A DNA stretch of 54,864 bases from Phoronis australis (Eukaryota > Animalia > Phoronida): NCBI GenBank assembly GCA_002633005.1, contig NMRA01001051.1, forward strand, positions 1 to 54,864, given 5' to 3'. The notes below the pieces were generated by a model. The model had not been told where the DNA came from, did not search any database, and saw only the letters and a list, made by a program, of their open reading frames with translations. Every line of letters starts with the position of its first letter. Position 1 is the stretch's first letter. Of the stretch, positions 36,701 through 48,160 are shown piece after piece. The position numbers and the translations under genes were made by a program.

Positions 36701-39700
36701 ACGCCTCTCTCGATACGTTTTGTGTATATAGCTACTGTTTTTGTTTATTTTTTATGTCTCTTCCTTTGTTACTTCAGTCCTTCAGACCAGAAGAAAGGAA
36801 ACTTTTCTCAAATTACGAACTTACTAGTATCAAACTTGCTAACAAAATGTCTAGTCGTGTCGTGTGTAAACGAAGGCCTACTACCTAACAATACTGAATA
36901 TTGATATCTGGAGGTCATCCATAATTAATCTTATTGACTCCCAACAATCAGCAATTGCATAACAAATTAAATTGGACTCGTTTCATGATGCTTTTTGTAA
37001 AATGAATGAAAATGTTAAATTCATAGACTCTTCCACTAAACCTAGAAAGAAGTATAGAAATACAAAGTCTTACTGGAATAATGACCTAACACAAAATGGG
37101 AATCGTTGCATAATAATGAAAAGCTATTGTTAATAATTCAAGAGTAAGAGAATTCATAAAGTCTCAGATTTTTTGCTAAAGCATTAACAAAGGCACACGG
37201 AAGACAATCTGTGTTAAAGCTTTAAAATCTAAATACGGAAAATCAAAAAGAATTTGGAAACATTTAAAGAAACTTGGATCTCGTAATGATAACTCTATAC
37301 CACTTCCCGATAAAAGCGACGATGATACTTAAATATCCATGAAAAAAATTCGCAACAAGTGGAAAATGATTTCAGGTCATTATAAAATAAACCTGCTTCT
37401 ATTGGCCCGCATTTTGATCAGGTTTCCTATAGAACTCTGGTTAATTTAAAACAGAGTTTGAAAAATGATATGTATCAAAACTGCAAGGCAAAGAGCTTAA
37501 TGCTGAATTTGAAGTAAAACGGCTATTGATCATCTTAAAACAGGGAATGAAAGTGGGGTTGACAAAACTCCGAATGAAATTCTAAAATGATGTTTTAAAA
37601 GTTTATTTCAATTCTTTAATTTGTGCTAATCCTCGAGAATAGTCATTAGTATTTGATCTAAGACCATTATCACAACGATTCCAAAGAATGCTAATAAAGA
37701 TCCGTATACTTCTATTCATTGCAGAGGGATTAGTGTAATGCCAGGTGTATCTAAGTTACACTTTAGTTTAATCAATAATAAACTCATTAAATTCGCAGAA
37801 GGAAGCAATCATTTTGTGGAGGATTTTTCAAAAATAGATTCTGCATTGACAGTGTATTCACCTTATATACATTGTATACCCTCAGTCATTAGAAACAGAT
37901 AACACGATATGAAAATACATTTCCGCGTTTGGTAGACTTTGAACAAGCCTTCGATCGGATTGGCAGAGATCTTCTATTACTAAAACTGTTACAAAGAATG
38001 TTAGGGAAAATTTACAATGTCATGAATTTATCATTTCTTGGAAATACAGTTTGCATTAAGCTTAACACAAAAAATCTCCACTAATTGGTTCTCAACAACG
38101 AGCAGAGCTACAAAGGGTGGCGGGCTATCTCACACAATATTAACTATCTGCCTTATTGATCCTGCAATTTATATTAAAAATAGGTGCAACTTAATTCATC
38201 TATTTTGTTGCATGCAGATCGTCAAATTATGCTTAACCAAGTTTGGTTAGATGCCAAAATGGGAACTTTATATTAATGAAAGAAAAACAACTATTGAACA
38301 CTTGTATTGTCCTGTCTTTAACTGTTACGTTACTGTTGAAAATTTAAGTGGTGTTTACAAATCAAAGTACAAATACTAAGGTTTCCATTTTAGCGACTTT
38401 TTACATTATTAAGACACTGCTCAAATTTTGAGTGACTCTTGGTGGTATTACAATTTCTAAATTTCATAAACTGAGAGATATTGGCTATAAAACTTCCAAC
38501 TGTCGCTATTCCATCTGTTTAAAACCCATCATGGAGTATTCCTATGGAGTCTAGGGAATTCCAGACTTTCGTTGTTGTAACTTTGTACAAAACAGAGCTA
38601 CATGTATGAGGTATTTTTGGTGTCCAACGCTCAGCTCCTACAGTGTTGTTGCCATGAGAGGTGACATCGGGTGGATTTTCCCGAGATATAATCGTCGCAT
38701 GAATATGGTTCGTCTGTGTAATAGATTATTGGGTTTTATTTGTAGAAGACTTACCAGAAAAAAAATTTAAATGGTACTATAATCGAAACAATTTAAATTG
38801 GTCCTCCGAGATAAAAGTAAGTTTCAACTCTTGTCAGTTAATTCGTATAGCTGAATCTTAAACAAAATGCTTTATGACTGTTTTACAAACAGAACTTATT
38901 AGACTGTGGATGGCGGTGGGAAAAAATGTTGTTAAGAAATAATTGTTGGCGGTCGGATACACGCGCATGTGGGCCCATTGCATTGATCACCTGGAGCCAT
39001 ATTTATGCTCTATTTATACAAACATGTAGTTAAAATCGTGCTGAAGAGCTAGAAACCTGACTCAAGGGTTTAGCAGTTTGACCCAGTGGGACACGAACGC
39101 ACTATCTCGAGTAAGGAAAGAGGACACCTATCACACTAGGTCACACATCCGCCTCTAAAAAAACAAAAAATGTGGTTAAACAACCAAGTAATTTTTTAAA
39201 ATAGGTGGTTGATTAAAAGAACTTACATTTTTAAACGGAATTTTTAATGAGCACTACTTACGGTTCTGTTTGATCAGATATCGTAGACCACTTACATGTA
39301 TATTACAATTTCATTTTGGAATTTTCCCACCTCATATTGGAACTGGAAGGTTTTCTAACTGGTCGATCTCCGTTACGGATTTTGTTTTCCAGGTAGTTTT
39401 CACGTTGCTAAGGGTGAAATTCTTTTTTATTCTTTGCCACTGTCCTGTTAGAAAGATTTAAGAATTTTGTTGTCTTCAAATCACACTTATTCTAGGATTT
39501 CGATCTCTTAAGTTCTGAGGACAAACTTGCTATTGGATGTAATGAAGTTTGTAGTAATCTGGCAAATGGGCTGGGTTGCGTAAAACTTCAAAATTATCCG
39601 CTGGATAAGTTTGATTGTTGCATGACGCCAGGTGCATTGTTCAAAAAAAACAACGTGACTCGTGATAATGTTACGTCATTGTTGCTATACGACGTATATT

Positions 39701-40613
39701 TTTTATGCAACTGGGCCCTGTTCAAATAGTTTTGAGCTTCATATCAAATTGTGTGTGTATTGCTATCCTTCAATTTTGTTTAAAGTGACTAATAGCCCCG
39801 TGGGCTAGGTGTTCAAGTAACACTGGTCATAGTAATAATCATATCTTCTTTCATCTTCCATTATTCATTCAAAGTTATTTTTAAAAGTGGGCGGGTCTTC
39901 GTGCATGCCTTGTTACGTATTGCGACAGTGGTTTGAGTACCCATAATGCATGGGGCAGTTGCTACATGTACTTTCTACTAAGAATATTTTAAGTGGCTGC
40001 TCGCCACTAACACTAGACGTTAAACCAAAAAATAATATTTAATTCAGTTAACCTTGTTGTAGTGCTAAATGAGAGGCATATTCGGGCTTAAGTCTCGATG
40101 GAACGATCTTACCTCCAACGTCCTTTGATATACTGGGTAATTAAAATCAGGTAGACAGAGCCCCTTTAAGCACAAACTGTACAGTTTTGCCTGTCAAGTG
40201 GTCATCATAGTAGATTGCAAACACACCTGATTTACATTCTAACCTGATTTGATATGAAGTTGTCAATTCTTATCTTGCTTCCAAGATTTTCTCCCTCTTT
40301 CCCCGCTCTTCCCTGCGACTCCATATCGTGATAACTGCTCTGAGATAAGTAGCATAGTCCTGTATTGCCTTCGTAGTAAGCCGAGGTGCAATCTACCTGT
40401 CTCCTGCAGTAAAGCGCGCATTCCATTTCACTTCTCGTGCCAGTTCGTTTCGCAAAGTATGACGGTGAAAATGACGCAGTTGTATTTGTAACCGTACTCG
40501 TGAATCCTAGCGAAAGGGCAGAACATGTTTGAATTTCTTCTGAAAATTGCGTGTCTGACAGACAAAATTTAACGAGGCTTAAAAAAAAACGTTGTCCAAA
40601 TGGACAAAAACAT
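18576..40613 (-). CDS. Gene A (spliced, 11 exons found): secreted PAN/Apple - Cys-rich - CTHRC1_C - FN2 - CTHRC1_C - CTHRC1_C mosaic protein; frameshift in exon 1 and one linker exon not found
   Basis: Exons 40613-40244, 33534-33423, 28913-28715, 28544-28389, 27892-27725, 26226-26144, 24175-23974, 22353-22201, 21890-21784, 19699-19474, 18721-18576 have AG/GT boundaries. Phases are compatible throughout except 33423 to 28913. The first five exons have clear paralogues in gene B. Confidence 0.85.
19474..19699 (-). CDS. Gene A exon: CTHRC1-like domain 3, middle part
   Basis: ccgcag|[24 protein letters not shown]...[25 protein letters not shown]...NQHHASI|gtgagt; phase 0 to 1. Confidence 0.92.
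19926..20250. mobile_element. Truncated copy of the 885-1326 MITE family
   Basis: acagtcccaaataggcactcagccaagtttccaaaatctactgc... colinear with about 900-1220. Confidence 0.7.
21784..21890 (-). CDS. Gene A exon: N-terminal strand of CTHRC1-like domain 3
   Basis: caacag|[36 protein letters not shown]|gtgagt; N..Q..W...N.GID.G motif; phase 1 to 0. Confidence 0.85.
22201..22353 (-). CDS. Gene A exon: CTHRC1-like domain 2, last part
   Basis: ggcag|[51 protein letters not shown]|gtacag; EGLC and TGWNS.S.IIVEE motifs; phase 1 to 1. Confidence 0.88.
23409..23624. mobile_element. Short TTAA-flanked MITE
   Basis: ttaa-aggcgaaggcaacatttt ... aaaactttgcctttgcct-ttaa. Confidence 0.7.
23974..24175 (-). 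CDS. Gene A exon: CTHRC1-like domain 2, middle part (different frame from the ORF track)
   Basis: tttcag|[67 protein letters not shown]|gtaagt; phase 0 to 1. Confidence 0.85.
26144..26226 (-). CDS. Gene A exon: N-terminal strand of CTHRC1-like domain 2 (not in ORF track)
   Basis: ttttag|[28 protein letters not shown]|gtaagc; resembles CTHRC1 NWKQC.W..LN.G.D.G.I; phase 1 to 0. Confidence 0.85.
26700..26946 (-). mobile_element. tRNA-derived SINE-like repeat, copy 1
   Basis: Minus strand starts with A-box-like TGGCCTGGTTG and B-box GGTTCGAGTCC (26882-26892); the body aligns with 38935-39155. Confidence 0.75.
27725..27892 (-). CDS. Gene A exon: fibronectin type II domain
   Basis: [51 protein letters not shown]; classic FN2 C.FPF.Y.G..Y..CT......WCATT.NYD.D..WG.C; phase 1 to 1. 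Confidence 0.95.
28389..28544 (-). CDS. Gene A exon: CTHRC1 C-terminal-like domain 1, last part
   Basis: [52 protein letters not shown]; resembles CTHRC1 VEGLC...G.C...D..TGW...I.EE; phase 1 to 1, donor gtgagt. Confidence 0.9.
28715..28913 (-). CDS. Gene A exon: CTHRC1 C-terminal-like domain 1, middle part
   Basis: tttcag|[50 protein letters not shown]...|gtaaga; matches the CTHRC1 signature LRV.F.G.LR..C...CC.RWYFTFNG.EC..P..IE. Confidence 0.92.
29395..29642. repeat. About 250-bp foldback (inverted repeat), probably Penelope-like element termini
   Basis: aattagctcgtacgtaaataaagatatgttgatc...ctttaaaccattctcaaggca pairs with tgccttgagaatggtttaaag...gatcaacatgtctttatttacgtacgcgctaatt. Confidence 0.8.
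30703..30816. repeat. 17-bp minisatellite (CAAGCCAATAAGGCGTG) x about 6.7
   Basis: Direct head-to-tail units with few substitutions and no spacers. Confidence 0.95.
31653..31653. other. Single N (ambiguous base or collapsed assembly gap)
   Basis: Only N in the window. Confidence 0.95.
32644..33387. mobile_element. TTAA-flanked MITE, copy 2, about 35 bp from the gene A Cys-rich exon donor
   Basis: Ends tcaaagagacatggaacgcgaaa and tttcgcgttccaggcctctttaa are imperfect inverted repeats. Confidence 0.78.
33423..33534 (-). CDS. Gene A exon: short Cys-rich module
   Basis: ttccag|[38 protein letters not shown]|gtaagt; 112 nt, phase 0 to 1; 30/37 aa identical to exon 6754-6865. Confidence 0.9.
36624..36676. 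repeat. Perfect 19-bp stem hairpin capped by a C(TTCG)G loop
   Basis: attattccgcgtatcgacc-tcgaccttcggtctc-ggtcgatacgcggaataat. Confidence 0.85.
36900..39560 (+). mobile_element. Heavily decayed non-LTR retrotransposon RT region (CR1/L2- or RTE-X-like, clade uncertain) in intron 1 of gene A
   Basis: Fragments such as [21 protein letters not shown]....[47 protein letters not shown] and HIGTGRF occur in correct RT/C-terminal order. Boundaries are approximate. Confidence 0.8.
38935..39155 (-). mobile_element. tRNA-derived SINE-like repeat, copy 2, nested in the intronic LINE
   Basis: Shares cgcatgtg.gcccatt..a.tgatcacctgga and gagctagaaacctg.ctcaagggtttagcagt with copy 1; B box degenerate. Confidence 0.72.
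40244..40613 (-). CDS. Gene A exon 1: signal peptide plus PAN/Apple-like domain (frameshifted at A9, 40581-40589)
   Basis: Removing one base from the A9 run gives [37 protein letters not shown]...[27 protein letters not shown]...[10 protein letters not shown]. The C-x3-C-x5-C...C-Y-L pattern is PAN/Apple-like. Donor CAG|GTTAGA (phase 0) aligns with the gene B donor. Confidence 0.8.
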
Positions 40614-43600
40614 AATACGTGTGGTTATCTGCAAGGATATGGTACGACTGATAGCGTACTACGGGAAGTTTATCGGCCCATTCGTTTTTAGAAAATCAAT
40701 TTCAGAAATCCAATAAACGTAACACTCTTGATTTTGCTTCACAATTCAATAGTAGCAATCTGGTAAATTACTAATATTGAAAATCTATAGTACTAGATTT
40801 TAAATGCAATCGAATTTGATTTTCAGAAAACTAGGGGACGGTATTGCATATACCAATAATACAGGGATTATTACCACGCTCTTCCAATACAATAAGCAGG
40901 ACAAACGTCAACCATGACAGCATATAAACCTGAAAACTAAATATTATTGAACTTTAAAAATCGATGCATTACTTTATAACAGAAATTAGCGGATAGGTTT
41001 TCTTCAACAGCTCAGCTTAGTCACACGCAATAGTTTGAGAATCAATTAGGACCGGTACAATGTAAGTCACAGTCTGGCTTAAGCTAGCTTAGACATTTGG
41101 GTTACAAAATTCCTTAGTCTTAGCGTAGAAGTGGCCAGATGAACTACATGCACGTCTGGAATCTCTGAGTTTGTACACTTCACACTAAGGCACTCGCTGA
41201 TTGACTAAATTTTCTCAGTTCTCCTAGAACTGAATTCACGCTTGTTTCCATGACTACATATCAAACGAGCTTCGTTTTGACCATCCGGACAAATACATGT
41301 ACGCTTTTAATAATTTATCCTACATCAGGTTGGCTCGAGTGAAATGATCGATCACCATCAAGTATGAATAACATGAGATGAATTATTTGAATTTATCTCA
41401 GACAACACTTCAACGGGTTGTTCAGAGCTATTACATGGTAGTACTTGGTAAAGTGACAAATTCGCTGATCGTCACACATCAATAGCAAACGAACTGTAAT
41501 AGCAATCTTTACCTAGCCCAGCTCGGGCTTATTGTGCCCTTCTAAATTAAAAAAGAATGACTGATAAACCAGTTTGCAACTCATGTTTGAGACCTTCGTC
41601 ACAGTTCCGGCGGATCCGACTGTCGTTTTGTTGTTGTTATCGACGCGGTTTGAAACACCTCTTATGGATTGAATTTGCGGCTACGAAAATATCCGAGATG
41701 CCCCGGATGATTCGGTCTTGTCGGTTTTGCTGAAGACCTCCGAGTATCGTGTGGTTTTAGAGGGAAATTCAGACAGTTGGTTTTAAATAATAATGCTGCC
41801 AACTGACCGTATTCAATCGAAATAGTTGAGACTCTGTTAGGGGTTCAATCGGTTAATTATTCACAGACTGGCAACACCATAAATGTTCAAGACAATTTTA
41901 GGTTGACGCTTAAAAGCAATCTTTCAACTTCTCGTCACTTCCTCAGAAGTTTCCACACAAGGCAAATTGCGTTTCCTTATTTGGTATGGCATAGACATAA
42001 CACTTTTAGTGTCTTCATGTAGCAGCCAGTGCATCTTTCTTGAGCGCGTGCGCGCATATTAATTATCACGGACGTCGAATTTGAAAACTACATTGGGTTG
42101 AAATAGTTTAATTTCGTCTGTGTTTCAAAAATAGTGAATCTGACGATTTTTTATAGAAATTATTGCAAGATTCAAAGTGAATATGTTCCATGCTAGCAAC
42201 CCAAAGAAGTACATGTAGGTTCGCCACGATCCTGTAAAAGGTATTTTCTACGAGTTTCCGCGCTGCATACATCTTTAAAATCAGTCAAAATGTGAATGAA
42301 TGCCATGTGACTGACAAACCGAGGAATCTCAACATTTCTAGTGATGCAGTGCGAATATTCAACTCAACGGCAGCCCAGCACTCGGTTTCGTTTCAAAACG
42401 CCTTTTCTGCAGATGTTTAAACTCCTTCGGTGTGCAAGGGCACTTCGCCTTTTCTCTTACGCTCACTCAAGGGCTTTGCTCTTGGATATTTTCGCGCCCG
42501 TGTTGATCAGCTAATGTATACACACCGCCTGCGTTGGCCAATATTACAGCGCCTAGCAACCAAACATCCAATGCCCAATGAGGTAACATTCTCGGTTACA
42601 GTAGATTTCGATTGGAAGCTTCAGTCACAAGTAGCCGTTATATAATAAAACCAGAATAGAATTTGATATTATTTAACATCTCTGCCGAAAGTTACATAAC
42701 TCAAGAGGTAAATTCTCTTTAAAAATAACGCCCAAAATTGATTTTCAAGGTAAAATGGATTAGGTTCATTTGCACATTAATCCATGACTGTTCGGTAATT
42801 GACTACCTTTGTAAAGTCCGTTCACATTTCATCGAATAAAGCCATATGCTCCTATATTTTCTTCATTCAATATACATGTACGTGAACAATTTATTCTAAC
42901 AATGCCCCGTAATTGCTTATAGTCACGTGACTGTCATTTTGACATTATTGTTTTGATCGCTGACATTGTTTTGAAGGCAGCTTTTCGTAGTCTTATCTGT
43001 GTTATCTGAAAACAACGGCCATTTTTCCAAATAGCATGATGCGGAATTACGCCGCCTTTTATGCACTTGCCTTGAAATAAGCAATCGCTCTTCGTCTATG
43101 ATATCTTCGATTTGCCAATGACGAAGGACACTGTCCTAAAATTATACCTGGACTACAGGTATATATATTTTTAATTAACCATTAACGAAGCTCTTGGAAG
43201 AACTGTACACCATGTAAAATTCCTCGGGCGTATGCATAGTACGGAATTCTAGTACTAAAGTCGATGGAGCCTTTCACTTAATCAATTATTAATGAACAGT
43301 TCTCTAGATTGCATAACAAAACAAAAGTGTCTAGGTGCAAGTGTTTGAACATGTGAAAACAAATATTGGTTTACCGGTTTCATGGTGGTCAGACAACTGC
43401 ATTCGAGCTTTAAGTATTTATTGTGTGGTATACATTTATCATCGCGATTACATACTAAAGAAGGTTTTCAAAAAAAAAACAAAAAAGTCATTATTGCTGC
43501 CGATTTCTGAAACATCTAGGCTGGAGAGGGTTATAAAACTACTACTGTGACCATTTTGGATGGGGAGTGGAAATTATGTTTTTAAGTTTTTGGTTCTACA

Positions 43601-43789
43601 AACCACTTAAAACTATCCATATAATTAACTCTATTGAATATGATGTGATATAGTATGAGTGTTTTCAAGGCGTTTTACCAGTTGGCATAACACCAATCAA
43701 ACATTTAATTCACTGATAAACGTCAGCCTTTCCAATTAAACAAAATAGAACTAAATCGTACAATTTCAAGAGATAGCCAGTCACCGTTT

Positions 43790-46700
43790 TATCAAATTAG
43801 ACAGCAATTGCCACGTGTGGTTTTACCCTCCAAAAATAGACCATCGTCAAAGTTCGGAATACAAAGGATCATTGCAATGTTGATTTGACTTTCTTTTAAA
43901 AGAAATTGTAATGGCAACAATGCATGAAAAAGAACTCGTCTCTCATTCTCCAACCTCTTTATTCTCCCATCCAGCTGTTTCAATGACGATGCCTTCACAG
44001 CTAAAAGATACCTGTCTAGATGCTCTTCCACTGCCATGGTTACCGTGGTTCGTTAACAAATCCTATGTTCCCAACTCCAAGCTTGGTAATCCCACTATCC
44101 TTTAATTCAATGACTGTTCGACCTCTTGCTCTAAACCCGGTACATGAGCCCATATGCGCGAAAACTTGCACTTTCATCGGGGGTGTTTTGAAATGAGCAG
44201 TTACCTCGGCCGCAAAATTGAAATGTGCTTTGAGCAGAGAAATTTCTAGCAATAAACTGGGTCTCATGGCCCAACTGCGGTACCAGTGGCTGCATTAGTA
44301 TTACCAATAGCAGGTAAAACTGAAGAAAACTCCAGTTTGTTTCGCGTTGAGTTATTGCGAATTTCAGAAAGGCGATGGTCCTGAGACTAAGGAAGCCGTC
44401 ACTATGAAGTTCTACTTCTCCGGAGCAGAGAATTTTGTTTAAAAACTCAAACAAACATGTGATCAGAATACATGTACATGTTAATTAGCGAACGTAAAAG
44501 TTTTGATTTATCGACTTTAAGAGAACACTAGCAAAAAAACTCCCGATCCTCGGATAAAAGGAAAACTTGAAAAGACACCCAAATAAATAACCGCCACCAC
44601 TACCACTACCATTACTACTATAATTTAAGCACAAGTCACTTTAATGAACAAATCGACTAATTCTGCTGCAACAGCTGCTGCTTCTTCTTCTTCTGCTGCT
44701 GCTGCTGCTGCATGAATGCGTCTACGTTTTTTTCTCTAAAACAGTTTGAAAATCACACTAGCGCAACAATGTTACATTAAACATTAATTACGCTTCGACA
44801 AAATGCCCCCTCGGAACTATAAAATTTAGATTTTGTTAAAAAGAAGAAAGTCCAAATTTGGAAAACCCTGACAGAGTCCTGCCAATTAGTTGTTTTTAGC
44901 CATGGCCGAAGTGATGCCAGGGGTGTTGCCATCATATTTAATAGTAATTTTGAATTCAAAGTTCTATCTTTTACTTCGGATACTGAAGGAAAACTCTTAG
45001 TTTTAGAGCTTGAAGTAAATAATTGTCTCTCTATTGGGTTGGTGAAGGTTTATGGACCAAACAAAGATTTGTTTTTGGCGATTTTAATTTGATTCAAGAT
45101 TTTCACCCTGAAGGTCATAACTTGATGTTCATCATCCCTCAACGAAAAAGTTTACATGGTCCAGGACTAATGCGGTTAAAAACTAGGTTATATCATTTTC
45201 AGGTTATCCAATAATTACTCTCTCGTATCGAGAGTGTGAAAATAAAGTCGGGCTACCGATCGGACCATAACAACGTCAAATTAACTGTACAATTAAAAAC
45301 GTTCAAAAAGGACCGGGGTTTTGAAAATTTAATTACTCACTTCTAAAGACAAAGAATATATTAATCTCGTCAAGAATGAGATTCGAACAAAATTTAAGAA
45401 TTTGACTCTGATAATCTTCAGTTTTATATATCTGATCAATTGTTTTTGGAGACGTTATTGTTAAATATTGGAACGGAAACTATTCCATATTGTACATGTA
45501 TCTCTAAGAAAAAAGAAAAAATAGAAAAGGACAAGACTTCGAAGAGCAGATAATGTCCTTTCAAAATAGGTTTACTGTGGCGATCCTGGAATTGCCGTTC
45601 TATTGGAAAATAAGAAGTCAATATATGAGGATTATCGCTAAGTATACACGCATGGTGTAGTGGTCAGATCGAGAGCTAGCTGGGTTGAAAGTGGCGAGAA
45701 TCAACAAAATGTTTTTGTGCTTTAGAAAAACGAAATTTTGTGAACAAGAATGTCACTAAGCTAGTTAGCTTCAGTTATGATTTTATCAAGGAACAATCCG
45801 CTTTCGTCTCGGAGATCACCATTTATTATAAAAATTTACACTCCTGTAAAGGAAATTCATGAAAAACTGAAAGCTTTAAAAAACAACATAATTGCTGGCC
45901 AGATCTTAAATATTATTAGTTCCAGTCTTTTGAATATGTTATCTACACGGGAGAATTATCTGCAACGCAAAAACCCATTTTTATCTCAACAAAACTAAAA
46001 GAAATCAAACAAAGAGAATTCATCAAAATTGGAGGCAAATTGCACTATTAAATATTACATACAAAATTTTGGGTGGTTGTATTGCGCGACGCCTAAAAAG
46101 CGTCCACGGACCCCTTATTTATGAGGATCAATAAGGTTTCATGAAAGGCAGATATAGTGTGGAAAACATAAGAACTTTATATGATGCAATTCAATTTTTA
46201 GATTGTAAATCCTTTCCCGGAATCCTCTTAATGATCTATTTTGAAAAAGCTTTCGTTCGTTCTTTTACTTTGGCCCAAGGTTCATTGACACCGTCAAAAC
46301 TCTCTACAACAAATTCTGTTTTTGTGTTCTCCAACATGGATTTTTCTCTGAGTTTTTTTGAAAGGGAGAGTGGCTGTCGTCAAGGAGAAACCATATCTCC
46401 TTACATTTTTATTATGTGTAGAAATATTGGGTATTTTAATTCGACGAGATAGTGGAATCACTGGGGTCAGGATAGGTGTTTCTGAGTTTAAACTGATCCA
46501 GTACGCCGACGACATGTGAGCTGTTATGAAGTATCTCTTAGAACATTTGTGACTTTAATTGATCAATTTGCGAAATTGTTTGGTTTGAAGCCAAGTATCG
46601 AGAAAACAAGATGTGTTTGAATTGCTTCAACAAGACTCTGACGAAAAATTTTGCGTCATTGTAAACCTGTTATGGACTAACAAAGCTTTCTTTCTTTTTG

Positions 46701-48160
46701 GGAATTAACTTCTCCAATGGTTATTATACAATGTCAAATATTAACTATAGTAGCAGGCTTTTGGAAACTCTGAAAATGATGGGCTCTTGGTCAATAAGAT
46801 TTCTTATTGTTTTAGGTAAAATAACCGTGGTTAAGACACTTGTGTTGCCCAAGATTTTTCATTTGCTTCATTTCCTCCCTAGCCCCTCCACTGAGTCAAG
46901 AGTTAGAGCAAATATTTTTGGCTTCATTTGGAGTGGGAAGAATGACAGAGTTAGCCGAAATGAAATTATACAAAATCAGGATAATGGTGGTTTAAAAATG
47001 GTTCATGTTTATTATTTATCAAGTAAACTATTCACCTCAAATACCATATGTGACCTTGCAGAAGTAGTTTGGAGTTGCAAAATTGATAACTTTTTTAAAA
47101 TGGGAGACGCTTTCCTTAACGAAGTAGCTGAAGAACCGACAATCTGTTCTGGGAGGAAGTTTTAAGCGATGTTGTGCTCCTGTTTAAAATGTGTGACAAA
47201 AATGAAAATATTATTTACTCTCCCCTGTGATGTAATTCAATTGAAAGATTACTCTCGGTAGAAAATTTATTTTCTACAAGACCTGGCATGAAAGGGGATT
47301 TTATCGTGTGTGTGATTTGTTTAATGCTGAAGGTTCATTTATGTCATACGAAGAACTTTGTAAAAGTTATAACTTTCAACCTCCAATACTAGAATACTAT
47401 GGTTTAAGAAGTGCAATCTTTGCAGCGTACAGGGGTCTTAACAGACAAGACAATATCCTTTTACCAAATTTCCCTAGTTATATTTACAAAACTTTGCATA
47501 CTAAAGTCACAAGCGGTAAGTATTTATGACACCTTAAAACAGACACTTCAGACAGTTTGTAAATGTAAAAACAAGTGGTCATCTGAGAAAGATATATACG
47601 TTGTTATAGATAATGTAAATTTTAGCGACTCTGACACATGGTGGATAAAAGTAAATAAACTTCCCTTAAATTGTACAAAAGATATACAATTGCGTTGGTT
47701 TCAATACCGCTTAAGTCACAGAATATTGCCAACCAATAATTATTTGCATAAAATTACAATAAAAACAAGTAATTTATGCTCTTTCTGTGGTGAACACAGT
47801 GAAACTTTTCTCCATCTGCTTTGGGGATGTCGTCTTGTCTCCGGTTTCTGGCTCCTGTTTGCTGGATGGTTAAAACAAACACATCATGTAAATTTTCATG
47901 TAGACAAAATAACCGCTTTTTGGTTTTTGGAAATTACTCAGTCGGAAAATTGTAACAATGATTATATTAGCAAAAATTACGTATTTAGGGAAGGGTCTGT
48001 TAAAAAAGCTCAACTTCCGAATGTTCGTAAACTTTAAGTTACATCCTGAAGAAAATACGATACTTGTTGACTAGTGATTTAATGTTATTCTTTGTAAACG
48101 ATGTATATTGTATTGTTTTATGTGACATGTAAATATCATACTACAGCAAAACAAAAAATA
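43790..48160 (+). mobile_element. Decayed near-full-length L1/Tx1-like LINE (ORF1 remnant, APE endonuclease, RT, C-terminal zinc knuckle)
   Basis: About 44895-45065 reads FSHGRSDARGVAIIF...SDTEGK...KVYGPN (APE-like). Then NWRQIALLN, FEKAF, GCRQGETISPYIF, QYADD (about 46499-46513), GKITVVKTLVLPK, GGLK and RILPTN..L..I......CSFCG..SET..HL.WGC. Many stops and frameshifts. The ORF1 part (AHMRENL.., KLKKT) and both ends are approximate. Confidence 0.9.
44590..44712. repeat. Trinucleotide microsatellites (CCA/CTA and GCT/TCT)
   Basis: ccgccaccactaccactaccattactacta and gctgctgcttcttcttcttctgctgctgctgctgctg. Confidence 0.8.
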
